64,000 bases of DNA, taken from Paragordius varius (Eukaryota > Animalia > Nematomorpha). Made by a program: the position numbers and the translations under genes. This document shows, piece by piece, positions 58,901-64,000 of this stretch. The stretch spans positions 10,230,001 through 10,294,000 of the forward strand of contig OZ176051.1 in assembly GCA_964247055.1 (NCBI GenBank), written 5' to 3'. Under the pieces are notes generated by a model. The model searched no databases. It was not told the DNA's origin and saw only the letters and a list, made by a program, of their open reading frames with translations. Positions within the stretch are counted from its first letter, which is position 1, and every line of letters begins with the position of its first letter.

Positions 58901-61528
58901 TCTCATGATGTTTCTGCGAAAAACGTTAAATTTTTTTAAAAATTTATGTTTATATTATTTGTGATATTTTATCCTCATTATATCAAAATAGACTCTTAAA
59001 TTTCAAAAAGTGTGAAACTATATTAAAAATATATACAGTATGTTTATAATGGTTGCTTATTTCACACTATAATTGGGAAACTTGCAACAGAGTAGCGTAT
59101 GGAAAAAACAATAAAATGTTGAATAACCAATTATTTCCTTTCCCTTTTCCATGCACTACTATGTTATTGCAAATTGCCCAACTATAGTGTGAATAAAGCA
59201 ACCATTAAAATGCATATTGTAATAACAATGGAACCAGATCTCTCGAGTTCCAACCCCGATTTTGGTTTTTAACAATTAAGTGGTTAATTGCCTGTAAACA
59301 GCAAACAATGGATTATATGATAAAACATTCATTACTTATTTAACCGTAATCAAATTTATTCCTAAAATCTGGCTTTTTGAATCAAACCCTTTTTTTATAA
59401 ACCATTTATGGTTTTATGTATATTTGTTAATAATGCATGCGATTAAAAATATTCTGAATCCAAAATAATTTTTGTATTTACATAAATAGAATATTTTTCC
59501 CATTCGTAATATACCTGCTAATATGCATTTAAAATAAAATATAAATATTTTTAAACTATATTATGGTTAGATGTCCTCTAAATCATATTTCTAATATTTG
59601 AACAAAATATGCCTTTTAAACAAAATATTTATATAGTATATTTTTGTGTGCACACACATATCAAGATTTGAAAAAAGTAACGGATTCCGAAAAAAATTAC
59701 AAAAACAAAGAACTTAAAGCAAGTGGAACGGTCCCTGGCACGAATAAACCCATGAACGCTGGTGCTGCACCTTCATCGCCTGGGAAGGCTAATCTCTCAC
59801 TCGAAGCTCAAATCAAGGATAAAAAACCGTTGTGTGAACTACAAAACAATAAATGGGTCGTTGAATACCAGTTAAATAACCCAGGGATAACGGTTTTAAA
59901 TACTATTTTAATCATTGAAAAATGTGTCTATACCTATATTTCGACCCGTATGACTATTAAAAAAAGACAGTACAAATATTTTGATTTAGCACATTAATAT
60001 TTAGTTGGAATTGCTAAATATCTTTGCCGTTTTCGTAAAACCGAATTGAAATTCAACTGTTATAACTACCAATGGAACCGAAAAATATTTTTATTACATT
60101 ACTACATACCTGAACCGTTTTTTAATAATTTTATAGCACTTAAACTAAACACATAAAAGGTTGGCTAGAAACTACAAAAAAAGTTTTTGTTCCAAGAAAT
60201 AAATTTATTTTTTAGTATGTGGATCAGTTATAGGTATAAAGATTGGATTATTTTCATACTAACTATTGAGTGTTATTCATTTAACGCGGCTAATTTTAAA
60301 TAAATTTTGACTTCTCTTTCGTTGTTTTATAGATCAACACTACGGAAATTAAGCAGAACGTTTACGTTTATAAATGTGTCGGATCAACCATTATAGTTAA
60401 AGGGAAATGTAATTGCATCAGTTTAGACAATTGTAAGAAATGTTCCGTTTTGTTTGAAACTTTGATTGGCAATTTTGAGGCCACCAACTGTGAAGCCCCA
60501 GTCATACAGGTAAGGTTTATACAAATATGATAATATATATATTGAGATTCCCATTATGAAAACCTTGATTGTGGGGAAAATGTAGATAAAATTAAATTGT
60601 TGATAAAAAAATAATTAATATCATATTAATAATATTGCACATATTAAGAAAAGTATAGGATTAATATAGAGATTTTTTTTATTTTTGGCTTTATTATTCC
60701 ACCACAATTCCCATATAGTTGGTAAGTTATGGTAACTTTAAACGATTATAAAATAAAAAATAAAAAAAATTCAAAAATCAAAACTTCATGATGATCAATG
60801 ATATAATAATTTATACGCTGTTTATTTTAAAAGGCTTAAGGGGGAGGGACTTGCTTTAAATAACTCTTAATATTGTACGAAATATATTGATTTTTATCTT
60901 AAGGTCACTCATAAAGTCCCGCTGTTTGTCATAGAGAATTGCGATGGTGCTCAAATTTACCTGAGTAAAGAATCTATGGATTCACAGTTGATAACAGCCA
61001 AATCTACACAAGTTAATATGTTGGTACCTACGGATGAGGAAGGAGATTATGTAAAAATTTAATTTTTTATCATGAATATTTCTTTTAAGTTTAAAGCAGT
61101 ATGTACTAGAAACTTTTTGTTTTATCAAAAAACCGATTTAATATAATATTTGAAATGATTACAATATTTTATTATTATTTGGTTAATTTACTTTTGATCT
61201 CAATTCTTTTCTTTATATTTGGAAGTAATAATATTTTAAAATACTTTTCATGAAACGCCAAAACTTTAAATATAAAACAATAATATTTTGGGTACTATTT
61301 TTTTCGCTCAAAGAAAATAAAATTTTATTTTATTTTTTAATTGAATATTATTGAAAAACTACTATATATACATAATGGAATGTTTCAAAACACTTATAAA
61401 AATAAATTTAAAGTGTTAATTTTTATTTATATGATTGATTGTAGAAAGAACACCCGATCCCAGAACAGTATAAGACAGTTTGGGATAAAGACCATTTCGT
61501 TACTACGCCCGTTGAAAAGAAAGGATAA
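43985..61528 (+). CDS. CAP: Adenylyl cyclase-associated protein (CAP/Srv2). Exons 43985-44126, 51756-51889, 51965-52042, 52466-52519, 52639-52728, 52812-52897, 53060-53165, 57401-57449, 59666-59892, 60333-60509, 60904-61050, 61445-61528
   Basis: N-terminal LINRLE coiled coil; HFD motifs SHKIGGPV, SIPALAWI, PAPFIKDMLDSGTFYANKV, HVEFVKSW, YVKKHHTTGLVWN; LKKV motif; CARP domain CELQNNKWVVEYQ, VYVYKCVGSTIIVKGKCNCISLDNCKK, YLSKES..SQLITAKS..VNMLVP, EHPIPEQYKT. All junctions are GT-AG with matching phases. Confidence 0.95.
44754..46727 (-). mobile_element. Ty3/Gypsy LTR retrotransposon remnant (gag-protease-RT, Mag-like), truncated at the start of RNase H, antisense in CAP intron 1
   Basis: Gag with paired Cys clusters CQRCGKCH...C...CYKCGKYNHFAKYC; protease LFDTGA and LIFGLPW; RT SWATP, IRICADF, LDLKNAYLQ, YQRLPFG, YLDDILI; ends at ILIETD. 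Several frameshifts. No integrase or LTR recognised. Confidence 0.9.
46960..48178 (+). repeat. Dispersed repeat with a GCACAACCCTA end (TAGGG-type hAT-like), copy 1, interrupted by a TTAA MITE
   Basis: 46960-47449 plus 48001-48160 align with 55160-55870 (e.g. TTACTTAAGTAAATATCATGCGATATTGGAT.GTGAAAATAATGTTC). Subterminal TGACC/GGTCA motifs are present. Confidence 0.6.
47450..48000. mobile_element. TTAA-flanked MITE (piggyBac-like), copy 2
   Basis: TTAA|CACTTGG ... CCCCAATTTGAATCGAAGTG|TTAA. The paralogous empty site near 55705 has a single TTAA. Confidence 0.88.
48315..48462 (-). mobile_element. 148-bp mini-Helitron with both termini
   Basis: Minus strand: A|TCTATATATTTATAAAAATGGAAAATGCTGGCTTTGTGATCT...CTCGGGCTGCGTAGCAGCACGAG (hairpin) ATTCACTCTAG|T. 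Confidence 0.82.
48510..49981 (-). mobile_element. Helitron 5' region amplified as ~465-bp head-to-tail units; no 3' end seen
   Basis: 5' TC end at 49981 (minus strand). Near-identical units are offset by 465 bp (identical ORF starts at 48976 and 49441). The sequence is the reverse complement of 15120-15600 and 26985-27450. Confidence 0.85.
51375..51632. mobile_element. TATACCATTT-family MITE copy in CAP intron 1
   Basis: AATTCACCCT..AACAATT subrepeats on the left, inverted GGGTGAGTTTGAATTGTTCAAGGGTG and TGTAAATGGTATA on the right. Confidence 0.65.
52084..52377. mobile_element. TATACCATTT-family MITE (best-preserved copy) in CAP intron 3
   Basis: TIR TATACCATTTACA...TGTAAATGGTATA with arrays of ~19-bp AATTCACCCTYGAACAATT subterminal repeats, inverted at the two ends. 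Confidence 0.8.
55160..55870 (+). repeat. Dispersed repeat, copy 2 (uninterrupted counterpart of 46960-48178), in CAP intron 7
   Basis: TACGGGTTGTGC at 55194 resembles the reverse complement of GCACAACCCTA at 48168-48178. Colinear similarity to copy 1, with the empty TTAA site near 55705. Confidence 0.6.
56225..56780. mobile_element. TTAA-flanked MITE (piggyBac-like), copy 3
   Basis: TTAA|CACTTGG ... CCCCAAATTGAATTGAAGTG|TCAA (degenerate right TSD). The interior is colinear with 47450-48000. Confidence 0.78.
57661..57936. mobile_element. hAT-type MITE (~275 bp)
   Basis: Left end CAGGGGTTT, degenerate right end ...GAAACTCGTG. Flanks ATCTAGAT / ATCTAGAA (7/8-matching TSD). Confidence 0.65.
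58275..58530. mobile_element. TATACCATTT-family MITE copy in CAP intron 8
   Basis: TATACCATTCAG..AATTCACCATCGAACAATTCAAATTCACCCT ... AGGGTGAATTCGAATCGTTCAAGGGGAATTTGAATTGTAAATGGGGTATA. Confidence 0.75.
59036..59219. mobile_element. Palindromic ~185-bp MITE, TA|CAGTATG...CATATTG|TA
   Basis: Arms AATGGTTGCTTATTTCACACTATAATTGGG and CCCAACTATAGTGTGAATAAAGCAACCATT; TA on both sides; same terminal 7-mer as 7856-8049. Confidence 0.75.
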
Positions 61529-62371
61529 AATATTATTGCCATAATGTCTAAATTAATTGAATCACACTCTTTTCCTTTCACCATTTCACAAAAATCTTAT
61601 TCACATTAATGATAAAAATTTAAAAACTTAAATAATCTCAAACAATTCTTGAAAAAAAAATAATAATTTTGCTTTTATGATTAATGTAATCTCAATCAAT
61701 TTTTTTCATTACAATGTTGTATGCCTATTCCCCATTGTGATTAATGCTCTATAAATTTAATGTAATTTTTCAATTAATAAATTATTTAATTGAAGATTTA
61801 TGCCAAGTTTTTTTTACTAGCAAACAAGGGAATATATATAAGCGCCTTGCGAAAAACGGAAAATTTAGTTTAATATATGAGTCATGTATTTAATCAAATA
61901 ATAGTTTGGTAAATAAACTTTGTTACACCTTTTCTAGAAACCTGTAACATAGCCACTAAAAATTAAAAACAAAACATAGACTAGGAAAGCATATAATTTT
62001 ATAAAGACAACCATATTTTTTTTAAAAACCTTAATTTTATATTGTAACCTACCTTTTTAGGTTGCGAAAAAAGGAATAGATATTTACACTCTCTCTATTA
62101 TCACAGATTATATGGTAAATGTATGTAGAAAAAACGGTGTGCTGGTAAAATATTTGTCTTTTAATTTTTGTTTCATTATAATTTTTATGTGTAATTTAAT
62201 CACTTTTCCAATCAATAAATCAATTATGGCCAAATTTTATTTAAACCATGAAAGAAAGAATATTCCAATTTTATCACATTTTTTCCATATCTCAAGCATG
62301 ATATATAATAGTATGGAGCGCGTGAAGTTTGCAACACCATTTTGTAAAAACTTTTGATATTTTGAATATTG

Positions 62372-62663
62372 TTATGTCGTTATCGAAGATATAAGATGTT
62401 CACCATTATTTATATTATTATCATCACCATTGATTTCTGCAGCCATAATCCGTGCCTTATTCGCTTGTTGGATATGTTGATTCATAGGGTTTTCAGGAGA
62501 TTTTAGCCATTCTTTTCGAAGCATTTGTTTAACCTGACTGAGCCGTAAGTGTGGATTTTCTTTCTTTAAACGTTCCAGATGGCATGATTCAAAAGCGGCA
62601 AATGCGGCCCGCATTCTACGTTCCGGGTGTTGGTCTATATCACTAATTTTTCCATCATTTGTG
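62372..62663 (-). CDS. CCDC124: CCDC124 (Lso2-family ribosome hibernation factor), last coding exon; upstream exons not found in the window
   Basis: DQHPERRMRAAFAAFESCHLERLKKENPHLRLSQVKQMLRKEWLKSPENPMNQ matches the CCDC124 C-terminal signature. Acceptor TTATAG lies at 62664-62669 on the minus strand. Confidence 0.9.
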
Positions 62664-63348
62664 CTATAATGGATAAAAAAATGTGACAAAAAAACGGAAA
62701 ATGAAAAACTAAATTTGGAGGGGGAAAATGGAAAACAAAGTGGCAGTTTTTTATTCTGAGTTAAGTTTGAATGGCTATATTTTTTCAATTATAATTTTGA
62801 TTGTAATTCATCGAGCCCTAAACGGCTTGATTAGATAATTTTACGGAAATTGTATATTGATATTTTTCAATAATTTTTTTTTAATTTTATCCTATCTATA
62901 AAATAACCCATTTTTAAATTATTAAAGCTGGTGGTTTTCTGTATCTTGATATCAGAAATTTTTAAAAAGTATAAGGCCCCGAGATAACAGAAACTATTGG
63001 ATATAAATGTATGAGATTTCAATAAATAAACTACTGCGAACTTATGCGACTTAAAAAAATGTCATATTGGGTAGGCAAGTATCTAAGGGGAAAATTAAAT
63101 ATGCTGGTCGTGCTTATCGATATACTGTAAATTTTAACTGACAACAATAATTATTGATTAGCTTTATATAAGTTAGTGGTGGGTTAAAACCATTTCTACC
63201 TTATACCAAATTTTTTTATCAAAAAATGAGCATAAAAATAGATGTATACATATACAAATGGTTCTATATATATATTTATGCCAATTTTTAAAAAAAAAAT
63301 TTTTTAAAGTTAAAGCTGGTAAAATTTTGCAACTTAATAGAATTAAGG

Positions 63349-63610
63349 CAACGGTATTCCCGAAAGAGGGGCGTGAAAAATTTGGAGAATTTAATTATAT
63401 AAAACTAGAAACAAAATGAAGGATTCCAGGTGCGAATTAAAGATTTGTCACCGATATGTAAAATATATTTCAAAAATGCAGATATAAGGATCTCATTGAT
63501 TGGGATTTACATAATATTGTGATTTTATATTTTTTGATTTTTTTGAGAGGGGGGCGCAAGAATTTATATTTTAATTTGGTGGGGCGTGAACAAAAAGTTG
63601 GAAACCAGTG
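63349..63610 (+). mobile_element. hAT-type MITE, uninterrupted relative of 26768-29357
   Basis: Shared interior (GATTTGTCACCGATATG, GGCGCAAGAATTT..TTTGGTGGGGCGTGAACAAAAA). Flanks AATTAAGG / TCTTAAGG (6/8 match). Confidence 0.75.
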
Positions 63611-64000
63611 TCTTAAGGCATACACAATTACAAAGATATAAAACTTAAAAATAATTTCGAAAACTATAAAACTGCCGCTCTTTAACTAATATTTGGCTTT
63701 GGTATTTTATGATTTGACTTTGCATTAAAATAAAAGTGTGAATAATTCCTATACCACAAATCGGGTCCTTGTTAAACGAAGCCCAAAAAAACATAAATAA
63801 ACGTTTTAAATGTGTTAGTATGTAACAAATATATAATTATAATGTAAGAGTTATATATAGTTTTCATTTTTGTAAAAAAGGGTTGGCGCATAGACATTTT
63901 CTTTAATATAATCGAATTTCGCTTAAAAACCTGTGTAAGAGAACAACTAAAAGACTTTTGCAAATATGGTTACTGCAAAACTATTATATATAAAATGATA

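Noticed and set aside
59893-59997. ORF-track extension VLNTILIIEKCVY... of the CAP exon
   Set aside because: It is intron read-through. Splicing at 59892 to 60333 restores the CARP consensus.
63772-63963. Minus-strand 63-aa ORF as an upstream CCDC124 exon
   Set aside because: No frame resembles CCDC124; its upstream exons probably lie beyond the window.

Overview
Very AT-rich, intron-containing eukaryotic DNA with animal-like genes. The species cannot be determined from the sequence. Host genes: the 3' part of a FERM-domain gene (1-974); two tandem single-exon, unusually long (~900 aa) GT31/beta-1,3-galactosyltransferase-like paralogs (2699-5431 and 23469-26141, minus strand); an 11-exon TFIIS-central-domain plus divergent SPOC gene of the PHF3/DIDO1/SPOCD1 family (34876-43302); a 12-exon cyclase-associated protein (CAP/Srv2) gene (43985-61528); and the last exon of CCDC124 (62372-62663, minus strand). 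The rest is mostly transposon sequence: a degraded RTE LINE, one Helitron family in four structural forms, a truncated Ty3/Gypsy, a mariner fossil, hAT derivatives with 8-bp TSDs, TTAA-targeting piggyBac-like MITEs and several TA-flanked hairpin MITEs. The leads most worth following are the giant GT31 pair with a gene-conversion-like mosaic, the TLD+SPOC protein with no visible PHD finger, and a CAP whose splice model lacks the P1 polyproline tract and the WH2 helix. All exon models and alignments were done by eye and need RNA-seq and HMM confirmation.
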